Below are positions 51,840 through 60,970 of a DNA stretch of 64,000 nt, one piece after another (position 1 is the first letter of the stretch; the number at the start of each line of letters is the position of its first letter). This DNA comes from a virus (lineage: Duplodnaviria > Caudoviricetes): positions 1,965 to 65,964 of IMG/VR virus record IMGVR_UViG_2900277485_000004, one strand, 5' to 3'. A program made the translations under genes and the position numbers. The notes under the pieces were generated by a model that worked only from the letters and a program-made list of their open reading frames with translations, searched no databases and was not told where the DNA came from.

Positions 51840-54833
51840 ATGGCGGACAATAGCTCGAAGTTGCGCACTTTTGAGAACGGCGAGCCAGTCGACCGTGATC
51901 CGGTGCCGTACATGGGGGGCGTGCTCCCGTTGGTGCCGATCGTACGGCAAGGGCAGGTAGTCCCTGCCGGCGATGTGTTGTCAAGCGCCGCAGTGCTCAG
52001 CGGCGTCGTCGGACCTGATGCGGACTGGGCCATCCCAGCGACCGCCACTCACGCCGTCATCCCGCCGCTCACCGCGTCGCGGACGTGGGCGCTTCCCGAC
52101 GTGGATGCGTACCCCCGTAGCCAGGATCTCGTCATCACCGATGAGGAGAAATACCTCGGCGGCGCCTACACGATCACGCTGGTGCCGCTCGCCGGCTCGG
52201 GCGATGCGATCCGCGACTACCCCAACGGCATCGTCATGCAGGACGCGGGCACTACGGTGCGCCTGCGCCGCAGTCTTATTTCCAACACGTGGGCCCTCTC
52301 CTCCGCGAAGACGTCGCTTCAGACGGCGCCCGAGACCTCTCCCAGCGTGGTCCGCGATCTGCTCGCCACAGTGCGGGAGATGCGCTCGCCCCGCAGCTTC
52401 GGGGCCGTCGGTGACGGCGTGGCGGACGATACGGCAGCGATCCAGGCCTTCTTTGACTGGCTGGCCGCGGGCAACGTCGGCCGAGACTATCGCGGCGGTC
52501 GCTATAGGCTTACCGCACCTATTCGGGGATACGCCTGGAACTGCTATAAATTCACCGGCGCCGGCATCGGCGTGACGGTCTTCATCTGTGACTTCAACGG
52601 CTACGATAAGGCCGTCCTCAATCTGTCTCACCCCACCAATCCCGCCGAGAATACGAGGCCGAAAGCGCATACCCTCTCCGATTTCTCCATCGAGATGAGC
52701 GGCAAAGTCACGCAGCCTCCATGTAATATTGAGGAGAGATACGCCACAGATCTGTTTGCAGCGCGGATCTACGTATCGCATTGGACCCCGTTCCTGGGCC
52801 GCGGCACGGCTGTCAGGATCAGCAACGCCTACAACTGCGTCATCAACGAGTTCAAGGTCTGGGGTGCGGGCTGCTCTCGGCTGTCTCGCGTCGTGACACC
52901 AACCACCCGCTTCACGATCGCAGCGGGCACCCAGACCCTCACGGCTTCGGAGGCGTGCTTCACCAGCGCGGACGTCAACCGCGGTATCCAGCTTTTCGAC
53001 GGCAGCCGCCTCGAATACTTCGTGATCTACGGCGTCACGAACTCGACCACAGCGACAGTAAACCGCAACGCCTATCAGTCATTCTCCTCTTCGACCGGAT
53101 GCTTCGAAGGGGTCAAATGCAACATCGGCGCCGGCTCAAACACGCTGTATATCACCGGCCAGTTCCAGACGAGTGATGTGGGGCGGGCCGTCTACATTCC
53201 CGGCGCAGGGGCGACAACGTTCCGCGGCAACCGCCCTCCACTTCGAGCGATCATCACGTCGATTTCAAGCGACCGTCGGTCCGCTACCCTCAACAGGACC
53301 GCGGGCAATTCGGTAGACAATCGATATCTGGTCATCTCTCCTGCCTTTGAGCTGTATGGCGAGTCTGCCACCGGCGATTACGGCAGCAACGACATCATCA
53401 TCGACCGCCTCCACGCGGAAGGGAATGCCGGCGTTCCGGTCCTGGCCGGCTACGGCAATAATATTTACTTCGATCGCCTGAAGACCCACGGGAATAACCT
53501 CGAATACATTGGCGGCACCTTCGGCGCGGTTGAGCACGTTAGCTTGTGCAACCTGTGCCTTTTCAATGGTGAAGTCACCATCGGCGACGGCTCCCTCATT
53601 GAGGGGGCGATTGTCAATGGCTCGGGACAAATCTGGGCGCACGCCGCGATCACCGTCACCATTGGATCGACGATCGGCATTGGCTGGGCCGGCACGCCCT
53701 TCATTTACCTGAATGACACGGGCGCAAACGCGACGGTGAAGTGGGGCAACCGAGAAATCGGCACACCTTACAGCCCTGACTTGCCCCTGCAAGTCAATGA
53801 CGGTGCCGGGGGCTTTATCCAGCACGTCGGGACATTCACCGACTCTGGTTTCAACCTTCCGCGAAATGGTAACAACTTTCTTGCGCCGCTGAAGCCAAAT
53901 GGCACTCTTCAGGCCTCTGCCGTCAGGGTGTCCAGCTATTACGATTTCAGCTATGGGTACGGGTTGCGGGTCAGCCCAGAACAGGGGCCGACCAGCGAGG
54001 GCGGCAACAACTTCTGGTCCAACGGTACGGCAAAACTAATTACCGTCTCTTATGACGGTAATTTTGATGCCGTCAATATTTATACGCCAGGCGGACAGCG
54101 CAGCGCCCCGATCATTACACTGCGTTCCAACGGGAGCGCAGGCGTCAACACCCAGGCCCCGGGCGCGACGTGGGATGTGAATGGGTCTCTCCGGGCGCAG
54201 GGCGCGGCTACCGTCGGCGAGACGGCGGCGCAGTACCCCACTGGCCTGATCGTATCCGAGAGCACTCACGCAAGTGGATCGAAACGGGCCGGGATCAAGC
54301 TGGGGAGCGAGTGGCAGCTTCTCCAAGATAGCGCGGGAAGTGGGGCGAAAGACTTCGCGGTCTACTCCGGCACGCTCAATCGTAACGTCTTAGCTATCGC
54401 GCCGAACGGCATCGCCTCGTTTTCCGACGGCGTGAATGCAGGCGGGCCGCTTTCCGTTCGCGGCATCTCCACTCTTGACCAGCAGGGCGGCTATACACGA
54501 CTTAAAGATGGGTCAGGAACATCAAATGCAATTAATCTAGGAGGTGAGGCTGATAAAACGAATTATTACAATAATAACTCTCATTATTTTCAAGATAGAG
54601 GGGGCAGTGCTAATTATGCAATAATATCATCAAGCGGATTTGTTTCGCTTGGAAAGATCCGTCCCGCCGCCTTTACAGTCACGACCGTGCCCTCGGGCAC
54701 GGCAGGCGATATAATCTACGTGAGCAATGCCCGCAAAGTGGGCGAAGGCGCGGGCGCCGGCACGGGCGTGATCGCCTACTACTCCAACAACAACTGGCGC
54801 CGGCTGTCGGACGATAGCCCGGTCGCGGCGTGA
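51840..54833 (+). CDS. Tailspike/depolymerase (pectate-lyase-like beta-helix)
   Basis: RSFGAVGDGVADDTAAIQA...GGRYRLT; long beta-rich body. Confidence 0.82.
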   Translation: MADNSSKLRTFENGEPVDRDPVPYMGGVLPLVPIVRQGQVVPAGDVLSSAAVLSGVVGPDADWAIPATATHAVIPPLTASRTWALPDVDAYPRSQDLVITDEEKYLGGAYTITLVPLAGSGDAIRDYPNGIVMQDAGTTVRLRRSLISNTWALSSAKTSLQTAPETSPSVVRDLLATVREMRSPRSFGAVGDGVADDTAAIQAFFDWLAAGNVGRDYRGGRYRLTAPIRGYAWNCYKFTGAGIGVTVFICDFNGYDKAVLNLSHPTNPAENTRPKAHTLSDFSIEMSGKVTQPPCNIEERYATDLFAARIYVSHWTPFLGRGTAVRISNAYNCVINEFKVWGAGCSRLSRVVTPTTRFTIAAGTQTLTASEACFTSADVNRGIQLFDGSRLEYFVIYGVTNSTTATVNRNAYQSFSSSTGCFEGVKCNIGAGSNTLYITGQFQTSDVGRAVYIPGAGATTFRGNRPPLRAIITSISSDRRSATLNRTAGNSVDNRYLVISPAFELYGESATGDYGSNDIIIDRLHAEGNAGVPVLAGYGNNIYFDRLKTHGNNLEYIGGTFGAVEHVSLCNLCLFNGEVTIGDGSLIEGAIVNGSGQIWAHAAITVTIGSTIGIGWAGTPFIYLNDTGANATVKWGNREIGTPYSPDLPLQVNDGAGGFIQHVGTFTDSGFNLPRNGNNFLAPLKPNGTLQASAVRVSSYYDFSYGYGLRVSPEQGPTSEGGNNFWSNGTAKLITVSYDGNFDAVNIYTPGGQRSAPIITLRSNGSAGVNTQAPGATWDVNGSLRAQGAATVGETAAQYPTGLIVSESTHASGSKRAGIKLGSEWQLLQDSAGSGAKDFAVYSGTLNRNVLAIAPNGIASFSDGVNAGGPLSVRGISTLDQQGGYTRLKDGSGTSNAINLGGEADKTNYYNNNSHYFQDRGGSANYAIISSSGFVSLGKIRPAAFTVTTVPSGTAGDIIYVSNARKVGEGAGAGTGVIAYYSNNNWRRLSDDSPVAA

Positions 54834-54840
54834 GGTTAAC

Positions 54841-55698
54841 ATGGATCAGCCATTTCTCTATGAGTTCCTGTATCGCGGCCGGCCGGCCGGCTCGGCCGAA
54901 GCGCCGGCCTGGCACGTCATCCTCGGCCAGTATGTGACGCTCCCCGGAGCGAGCAACCCGCAGTTCACGGACAGCGGCGCCCTGACCCCGGCGCAAGCCG
55001 AGGCTGCCGGCTACCCGCTCGCGACGGTGCTGGCGGGGATCGACGCGGCGGCGTTGGCCGGGCGGGATGCGGCCCTGGCCGAGGCTGAAGCTGCGCGGCA
55101 GGAGCGGGATGCGGCGACCGCTGATGCCGCGGTGGCCCGAGGGGAGCGGGACGCTGCAACCGCTGACACGGCCAAGGCGCGGCAGGACCAGGAGGCCGCG
55201 GCAGCTCAAGCGGCTGAGGCGCTGACGCGCATCACGAGCGAGCGGGACGCCGCACTGGCCGATGCCGCGGCGGCCCGTCAGGATCGGGATGCGGCCATGG
55301 CCACGGCGGCAAAGGCCGCCAGCGAGGCACCATCCCGCCGGGACTGGGCCGAGACCGTGCGCCAGGAGGGAGAGGCCAGGGCCGCTCAGAGCGCCGTGCA
55401 GGTGCCGCCCCCCGCCCTGCCCGCGGTGTCCGACCGGCAGTTCTTCCAGGCGCTCGCGCAAGCCGGGACGATCAGTCAGGACGAGGCCTTGGCCGCCGTG
55501 ATGACCGGCGTGCTGCCGGCGCGGATCGAGGCGGCGGTGGCAGGCCTGCCGGAGGCCGAGCAGTTCGCCGCCCGGATGCTGCTGTCGGGCGCCACCACCT
55601 TCGACCGTCACCACCCGATGGTGGCGCAGCTCGGCGCGGCGCTCGGCTACGATGACGCGGCTCTGGATGCGCTGTGGGCCGCCGCCGCGGCCCTCTGA
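54841..55698 (+). CDS. Chaperone-like protein with an Ala-rich coiled-coil repeat
   Basis: ARQERDAA-type repeats; C-terminal VSDRQFFQAL...FDRHHPMV...LDALW motif. Confidence 0.65.
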   Translation: MDQPFLYEFLYRGRPAGSAEAPAWHVILGQYVTLPGASNPQFTDSGALTPAQAEAAGYPLATVLAGIDAAALAGRDAALAEAEAARQERDAATADAAVARGERDAATADTAKARQDQEAAAAQAAEALTRITSERDAALADAAAARQDRDAAMATAAKAASEAPSRRDWAETVRQEGEARAAQSAVQVPPPALPAVSDRQFFQALAQAGTISQDEALAAVMTGVLPARIEAAVAGLPEAEQFAARMLLSGATTFDRHHPMVAQLGAALGYDDAALDALWAAAAAL

Positions 55699-55761
55699 TC
55701 CTCCCGTGACCGTTGCGCCACCCGGCCCGGTCCTGACACCAATGACAATCCGGAGATCCTG

Positions 55762-56433
55762 ATGACCCCGCAGTTCAAGGCGGCCGTGGAGACCTATGGC
55801 CCGCGGTTCATGACGGACCTTGGGCTCGACAAGCTGAAGGTAGCTGGGATCTTCGGCAATCTCGCTGTCGAGAGCGCGCAGTTCACCGCCCTTCAGGAGT
55901 ACAAGCCTGTTGTGGCCGGCTCCCGGGGAGGCTGGGGCTGGGCCCAGTGGACGGGCCCCCGCCGACGAGCGTTCGAGGCCTGGGCCGCTGAGAAGGGGTT
56001 TAGGCTCGACAATCCGGAGGCCTTCTACGGCTACATGCTCGTTGAACTGCGCGGAGCGGAGGTGGGCGCGCTTACCGCTCTCCGCGCCACCACGACGCTC
56101 GACCGGGCGACCGAAGTGTTCATGCTCAAGTATGAGCGTCCCGGCGTGCCGCACCTTGATAAGCGCAAGGCGTACGCCCTTGAGGCACTTCGCGTGCTGG
56201 AGGCCGCTCTGGCGGCCCGCGAAGCCGTGAAGAAGGATCTGGGCCTTACGCCCGCGCCGGCCCTCCCAACACCTCCCCACGTCGATCCTGCCGGTCCTCT
56301 CACTCCCATGGCACCGACAGCGGCAAGGCCGCCGGTGCCGGACGAGCCCGCGCCTGTCTCGGCTGCCACCGTCACAACCGGCGGCCTCTGGGCCGCCGTG
56401 AAGTCCCTGTTTGCGAAGAAGAAGGCTGCCTGA
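55762..56433 (+). CDS. Endolysin (phage tail-lysozyme family)
   Basis: AGIFGNLAVES...GWGWAQWTGPRR...FMLKYERPG; Pro-rich linker and amphipathic C-terminus. Confidence 0.8.
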   Translation: MTPQFKAAVETYGPRFMTDLGLDKLKVAGIFGNLAVESAQFTALQEYKPVVAGSRGGWGWAQWTGPRRRAFEAWAAEKGFRLDNPEAFYGYMLVELRGAEVGALTALRATTTLDRATEVFMLKYERPGVPHLDKRKAYALEALRVLEAALAAREAVKKDLGLTPAPALPTPPHVDPAGPLTPMAPTAARPPVPDEPAPVSAATVTTGGLWAAVKSLFAKKKAA

Positions 56434-56434
56434 C

Positions 56435-56998
56435 ATGGATTGGTCGTCACTCGGCGGGCAGCTTGCCCAGATCGGGCTTCCAGCTCTCGGGACGCTGCTT
56501 GGCGGTCCTCTGGGCGGTACCGTAGGCGCGGTAGTCGGCAAGGGCATCGCCGCGGCACTCGGCGTTGCGCCGACGCCCGAAGCCGTATCTCAGGCCGTGG
56601 CGCAGGACCCCGCCGCCGCGCAGACCAAACTCGCCGAGATTGAGGCTGAGACCAAGCGTCAGGATGCTTATCTCGCTGACATCGCCAACGCCCGGCAGAT
56701 GCAGGTCGCCCTCGTTCAGGCTCACAGCTGGACGGGAACTACGCCCGCGATCCTGACCTATCTCGTCGTCGGCGCTGCCATCGCGCTCACATTCTGCCTC
56801 TTCTTCGTGAGCCAGGAGATCCCGGAGCGGATCTTCAACCTGCTGAACCAGTCCTACGGCGCTTTATGGCTAGCTGTCGGGCTCGGTGTTCAGTTCTGGT
56901 GGGGTTCATCGCGCACTTCTCAGCAGAAGGACCAGCAGGCGGCCCAATTCTCGGCCGCCGTCACCAACGCAGCGCTAACGTCGATTAACAAGCGGTAG
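56435..56998 (+). CDS. Holin-like membrane protein
   Basis: Gly-rich N-terminus, two TM helices, QFWWGSSRTSQQKD; next to the endolysin. Confidence 0.75.
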   Translation: MDWSSLGGQLAQIGLPALGTLLGGPLGGTVGAVVGKGIAAALGVAPTPEAVSQAVAQDPAAAQTKLAEIEAETKRQDAYLADIANARQMQVALVQAHSWTGTTPAILTYLVVGAAIALTFCLFFVSQEIPERIFNLLNQSYGALWLAVGLGVQFWWGSSRTSQQKDQQAAQFSAAVTNAALTSINKR

Positions 56999-57007
56999 CC
57001 ATATGCA

Positions 57008-57391
57008 ATGTCGCGTCCAAAATCCGAGGTTACCGAAGATCACGCTCGCCACACCTTGGAAGCGATGCGGCGGCTTCTTAATGACAAACTGCCGGCTCCG
57101 GATAATGTGAAAGGCGGGGCAGAAGTGGATGACGAGCTTCGTCGGGAAAACAATAGTGGACATCCGCAAGCTTACCGGGAGCTTCCGCATCATACTCGGA
57201 AGTGGATCGAAGGCAAATCAGCTAAAGAGCTTGAGATGCTGGACGAGATGTTAGATAGCTATGCAACTGGGCGTCTTGCTCTCAAAATTGCTAGATGGTT
57301 TGCAATAATGGTGGGTGGCTTGTTTGCTTCATCATTTGCCGCGGCGAAATTTGGTCTTGATATCTGGGCCATGATCCGAGGTGGCAAATGA
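57008..57391 (+). CDS. Membrane protein of the lysis region
   Basis: C-terminal TM; ATGA-coupled to the next gene. Confidence 0.6.
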   Translation: MSRPKSEVTEDHARHTLEAMRRLLNDKLPAPDNVKGGAEVDDELRRENNSGHPQAYRELPHHTRKWIEGKSAKELEMLDEMLDSYATGRLALKIARWFAIMVGGLFASSFAAAKFGLDIWAMIRGGK

Positions 57392-57849
57392 GGACCATGG
57401 TAAGCGCCCTTCAGATTGCCGTTCTTATCCCTCTCGCTCTCGGCAGTCTGTTCGCTGCCGTCGCCCTTGGCGCCTGGGTTGCGGATCGCCGAGAGCCGGT
57501 GAGGGTTGACAGCTTCAGAGTCATTACGCCTGAGGTTGGTCCCGGCGGTGAGCTTCAGATCGAGTTCAACGTCACCTACCTGCGGGCTTGCAAGCTCCAC
57601 GCGGACCGGATCATGACCGATAGCGCGCACCATCGCGCCGTTCTGTCGGATACCGACTTTGAGCGCCCTCCGGCTGACATCGGCAAGCCGCAGCGGTTCA
57701 TTGTGACGGAGCGTGTGCCGAGCTACTTCACGGATGGGCCCGCCGTCCTCATTACGAGGCCATGGTACGCCTGCAACCCGCTGCAAGAGTTTGTTTGGCC
57801 GATGGTCCCTCAGGGGATCACAGCGCCATTCACGGTCAAGACGCCGTAA
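57388..57849 (+). CDS. Membrane-anchored protein of the lysis region
   Basis: N-terminal TM; two Cys; last gene of the late operon. Confidence 0.6.
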   Translation: MRTMVSALQIAVLIPLALGSLFAAVALGAWVADRREPVRVDSFRVITPEVGPGGELQIEFNVTYLRACKLHADRIMTDSAHHRAVLSDTDFERPPADIGKPQRFIVTERVPSYFTDGPAVLITRPWYACNPLQEFVWPMVPQGITAPFTVKTP

Positions 57850-57900
57850 CCCGCCTCTCCCGAGACACCCTTCAGCCCCGCCGGCAGCCGCCGCGCGGGG

Positions 57901-58395
57901 CTAATTTTTTGCGAAATCACCCCAGAGCGCAACCGCGGCGCCTCGATAAGCCGCTGCGGCCTCCTCAGGTGTTTTAAATGTTCCCAGGTGTATTTTCCGT
58001 CCGTTTGGAGTTATCGTAGCTCTGAACTTTCCACGAGCGGCTGAAACGCCCTTCAAGCCGAGTAGATTTCGACGTTCTACGGCTTTGTTGGCCATATTCT
58101 GTGTTTGCGTGGCCAGTCTCATGTTAGCCCGACGGTTATCTAATCCATCCCCGTTGGCATGATCGACGTACATCTCGGACGGAGCATCGGTCAAAACCCG
58201 ATGCATGGCGATATACCCCTTGCCGCACCTCACCGCATAGGCGTGGCCATGCGTCCCTATGTGTGCACGCCATCCCCAGGGCGCGATCAGGGGCACATCT
58301 GCCACGTCGATCATCGCTTCAAGCCCGCGCCCGAGTTCGACGTAGGCAACATCACCCTCAACCCGGATAGAGGACGGTTCTCGCTTCCATGCCAT
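57901..58395 (-). CDS. HNH-AP2 endonuclease
   Basis: MHRVL...VDHANGDGLDNRRANMRLATQTQN; AP2 KGVS...IHLGTFKTPEEAAAAY. Confidence 0.9.
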   Translation of the reverse strand: MAWKREPSSIRVEGDVAYVELGRGLEAMIDVADVPLIAPWGWRAHIGTHGHAYAVRCGKGYIAMHRVLTDAPSEMYVDHANGDGLDNRRANMRLATQTQNMANKAVERRNLLGLKGVSAARGKFRATITPNGRKIHLGTFKTPEEAAAAYRGAAVALWGDFAKN

Positions 58396-58397
58396 TG

Positions 58398-58637
58398 TCA
58401 GCACCCGAAGCGAGAGTTGCGGATCATGCGGATGCCGTCGCGCCACCGGTAGGTGAAGCGAGTGGCGGTGCACGCCTCAACGAGGGTGAACCGGCCTTGG
58501 GTGCCTACCGCGAGTAGCGCGGCCTTCAGCGCTGCCGGGCTGCGAGGCATGGCGACGATGATCCCGGTTTTATCGCGCCAGGAGATCCAGTCGCGTCGGC
58601 CGCAGCGGGCTTTGCGGGTGAGGGTGGCGTGATCCAT
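58398..58637 (-). CDS. Hypothetical protein
   Basis: Coupled to the 58637 gene. Confidence 0.5.
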   Translation of the reverse strand: MDHATLTRKARCGRRDWISWRDKTGIIVAMPRSPAALKAALLAVGTQGRFTLVEACTATRFTYRWRDGIRMIRNSRFGC

Positions 58638-58984
58638 TACACCTGCTCCATCGCCATCTGTTCGGCCCGATGTTTGAGCGGGCCAACTCGCGGCCCGCTG
58701 GCGAGCGTCTTGGCGAACCCCTTCGCTGACATGCCGCTACCGAACAGGCCGCACTTCTGCCCCTCAGTCCGATGTGAAGCGCGCTCGGCTACGTCGATGA
58801 AGAAAGGCGTCTCGCAATCGTTCACGAAGAGGCGCTGACGGGTTACCCCCTCGGGCATGAAGTTGTTCTGGTCGACCCAGCGGCACGAGGGTGCGCTGTT
58901 GCCGCTCCGCGTGGCTTTCTCGCGCTCAAAGATCGGCTTGCGAGGGAACCGGGCGACGAGGGCGGTGGAGGTCAGGGCGCTCAT
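58637..58984 (-). CDS. Hypothetical protein
   Basis: 115 aa; divergent from the HTH gene. Confidence 0.55.
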   Translation of the reverse strand: MSALTSTALVARFPRKPIFEREKATRSGNSAPSCRWVDQNNFMPEGVTRQRLFVNDCETPFFIDVAERASHRTEGQKCGLFGSGMSAKGFAKTLASGPRVGPLKHRAEQMAMEQV

Positions 58985-59062
58985 GGCTCATATCCGGCTT
59001 GAAAATCAACCTTATGTAGATAATCTACGCCACGTCGATACGGGGCGCAAGTGGAATTCTAC

Positions 59063-59353
59063 ATGGCGTTGATAATTTGCAGGGCGGACGGCAGCACGCT
59101 ACGGCCCCGTCCCATGGACAACGAACCGTGGCAGCGTCGTGCGAAGGCGGCTGGGCTCAGCCAGAAGATGCTTGCCGAGATGACCGGCAGACCCGTGAAC
59201 ACGATCTCGCGTCAGATCCGCGGGGAGCACGGCGCCGTGCCGCTTCACCTGATCGCCGTCATTACGGCGTGGGAGTTGATGGGAGAGGAGCAGCGCGACG
59301 AGTGGCGGCGCCTGCTGGCGCGTGAGGCTGCTCGGCAGGACGCGGCCGGCTAA
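59063..59353 (+). CDS. XRE-like HTH regulator
   Basis: GLSQKMLAEMTGRPVNTISRQIRG; upstream palindrome GTAGAT-A-ATCTAC at 59016-59028. Confidence 0.7.
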   Translation: MALIICRADGSTLRPRPMDNEPWQRRAKAAGLSQKMLAEMTGRPVNTISRQIRGEHGAVPLHLIAVITAWELMGEEQRDEWRRLLAREAARQDAAG

Positions 59354-59757
59354 GCGTTCTTGCCCCACCCCTCCGGCCACGGCACGTCCCGGCCGATGAT
59401 GATCCGCACCGGCGGGCGCATCCAGTCCAAGCGCGGGTCGGGGCCCGGGTCAGCCGGTCTCAGCGACAGCGGCTGACTCTGCTTGGCGAGCCACTGCATC
59501 TCAATGCCCAGGCTGGCGCGGATGGCGTCCGCCGCCTCTTGCTTGGTATGGACACGTCCCTGCATGGGGATCCTGCTCCGGGGCCTGTAGGCGAGGGACC
59601 AGACCCACTCGCGGTGCGCGATGGCGTCAGGATGGGTCTTGTGGATCCTGCCGATCCGGCCGCCTGCGATCGAGGCGACGAAATCCGGGCCGCGCTCGGG
59701 CCAGGTGTGGCGCCAGACAATCGGGCTGGGCTGGGGATCGGTGGGAGGATGGGTCAT
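59350..59757 (-). CDS. Hypothetical protein
   Basis: WRHTWP...GRIHK...WVWSL. Confidence 0.6.
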   Translation of the reverse strand: MTHPPTDPQPSPIVWRHTWPERGPDFVASIAGGRIGRIHKTHPDAIAHREWVWSLAYRPRSRIPMQGRVHTKQEAADAIRASLGIEMQWLAKQSQPLSLRPADPGPDPRLDWMRPPVRIIIGRDVPWPEGWGKNA

Positions 59758-60344
59758 TCGGTCGGAGTTGGCGGGAGTGGCATCCAGTGGCTCGGATGCA
59801 GGGCTTCATGCTCGAAGTAGGCTCCTGTGCTCTCATAGCCCTGATCTATGTCGCCGATGACGAACCGCGGCTTTTTGTGCAGGTAAATCTCGTCCATGCC
59901 GAGCACCCGCGGCAGCATCGGCTTGTACTTACCGAGGACACGCTTGGCATGCTCGTCGAAGACGCGCCGTACAAGCGTCTCATGAACGCCATTGATCTCG
60001 GCGGCCATCGTGAACGGATACTTGATCGCATCCTTCTGAAGGTGCTCACGGAAGCGCTTCGTGATCCGGCGCTCGGTGTCAATGTCCGGCAGAACTTCGT
60101 ATCCGACCTTGCCGCACGAGTTGCACCGGAAGCGCTGCCGCTTGATCTCCAGCCAGACGGGCTGCCCTTGGATGGCGTGGTCGCAATAGCGAACCGCCTT
60201 CGTTCCCATCTTACTGAAGCTGAAGAGCAGGCAGCATCCGTAGGGCTCGTGATGGCGGACGCTCTTCGCCCGGACGATGAGCGTCCCGCCCTCCTCGTAA
60301 CTATCCACGAATGCCAGACGACTGAGACGCAACAGGTCTGTCAT
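59754..60344 (-). pseudogene. Truncated ISL3-family transposase fused to a DUF551 C-terminal remnant
   Basis: PVWLEIKRQRFRCNSC Zn finger, HETLVRRVF HTH, first catalytic VLGMDEI; breaks near GDI and ends HPSHWMPLPPTP. Confidence 0.8.
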
Positions 60345-60568
60345 TCGCCATCCTCAGCAGCCCTGCCTGCTTTCTGCCGCTCGGAGCGCTTCAGTTCTCG
60401 CTCAACTAGCTCGCGGATCCACTTAGCGCGGCGGTTCTTGCCCGCCACCGCATCTATGCGGTCGAGTGTCCCCGCGGTGAAGCGGACCAAGGTCTTGTCG
60501 TCGAGTTTGTCTTTCGGCACGGCCAGGGTTGTGACCGATATCGGTTTCGCCGTCAACGCAGCCTCCAA
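60341..60568 (-). CDS. Ribbon-helix-helix DNA-binding protein
   Basis: KTLVRFTAGTLDRIDAVAGKNRRAKWIRELVEREL; start may be downstream of 60568. Confidence 0.7.
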   Translation of the reverse strand: MEAALTAKPISVTTLAVPKDKLDDKTLVRFTAGTLDRIDAVAGKNRRAKWIRELVERELKRSERQKAGRAAEDGE

Positions 60569-60624
60569 TGCGATATCGCTTCTTGACCCCTATCCGATAT
60601 CGGATTAGGCTGCAATCCGATATC
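60534..60624. promoter_or_regulatory. Four CGATATC(G) palindromic operators over a divergent promoter
   Basis: ACCGATATCGGT 60534-60545, GCGATATCGC 60570-60579, ATCCGATATCGGAT 60592-60605, ATCCGATATC 60615-60624; TTGACC at 60583-60588. Confidence 0.7.
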
Positions 60625-60637
60625 TCATTGGAGGCTT

Positions 60638-60925
60638 TTGATGAATATTGGCGAAGCGGTTGCTGCCCTGAAGGCAGGCGATTGGGTCAGGCGCGCAGGC
60701 TGGAACGGCAAGCGCATGCACATCTACATGGAGGATGCAGAAGATGTTGGCATGCCCCGCCACAACACCAAGACGGACAAGGTGACGATGTCTCCGGGAC
60801 GGCGACACGAACCCTACCTCGTGCTCTTCACGGCGGCAGGAACGCATCAGCCTGGATGGAATGCGTCTACCCCTGATCTGCTCGCAGAGGACTGGGAAGT
60901 CGTGCCGCTGAACGAGCGGCATTGA
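60638..60925 (+). CDS. DUF2829/Tad2-like protein (anti-Thoeris signal-sponge family)
   Basis: GEAVAALKAGDWVRRAGWNGK...PYLVLFT...WNASTPDLLAEDWEVV. Confidence 0.8.
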   Translation: MMNIGEAVAALKAGDWVRRAGWNGKRMHIYMEDAEDVGMPRHNTKTDKVTMSPGRRHEPYLVLFTAAGTHQPGWNASTPDLLAEDWEVVPLNERH

Positions 60926-60937
60926 TCAACCCCAAAC

Positions 60938-60968
60938 GACGAGGCGGGCTTCAAGCCCGCCTCTCGTC
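60938..60968. terminator. Hairpin terminator after the DUF2829 gene
   Basis: GAGGCGGGCT-TCA-AGCCCGCCTC. Confidence 0.6.
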
Positions 60969-60970
60969 GA

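Noticed and set aside
47474-55698. Diversity-generating retroelement targeting the fibres
   Set aside because: No reverse transcriptase and no template/variable repeat pair seen in the window.
59754-60344. Active ISL3 transposase
   Set aside because: Only the first catalytic Asp is present; most of the DDE domain and one element end are missing.
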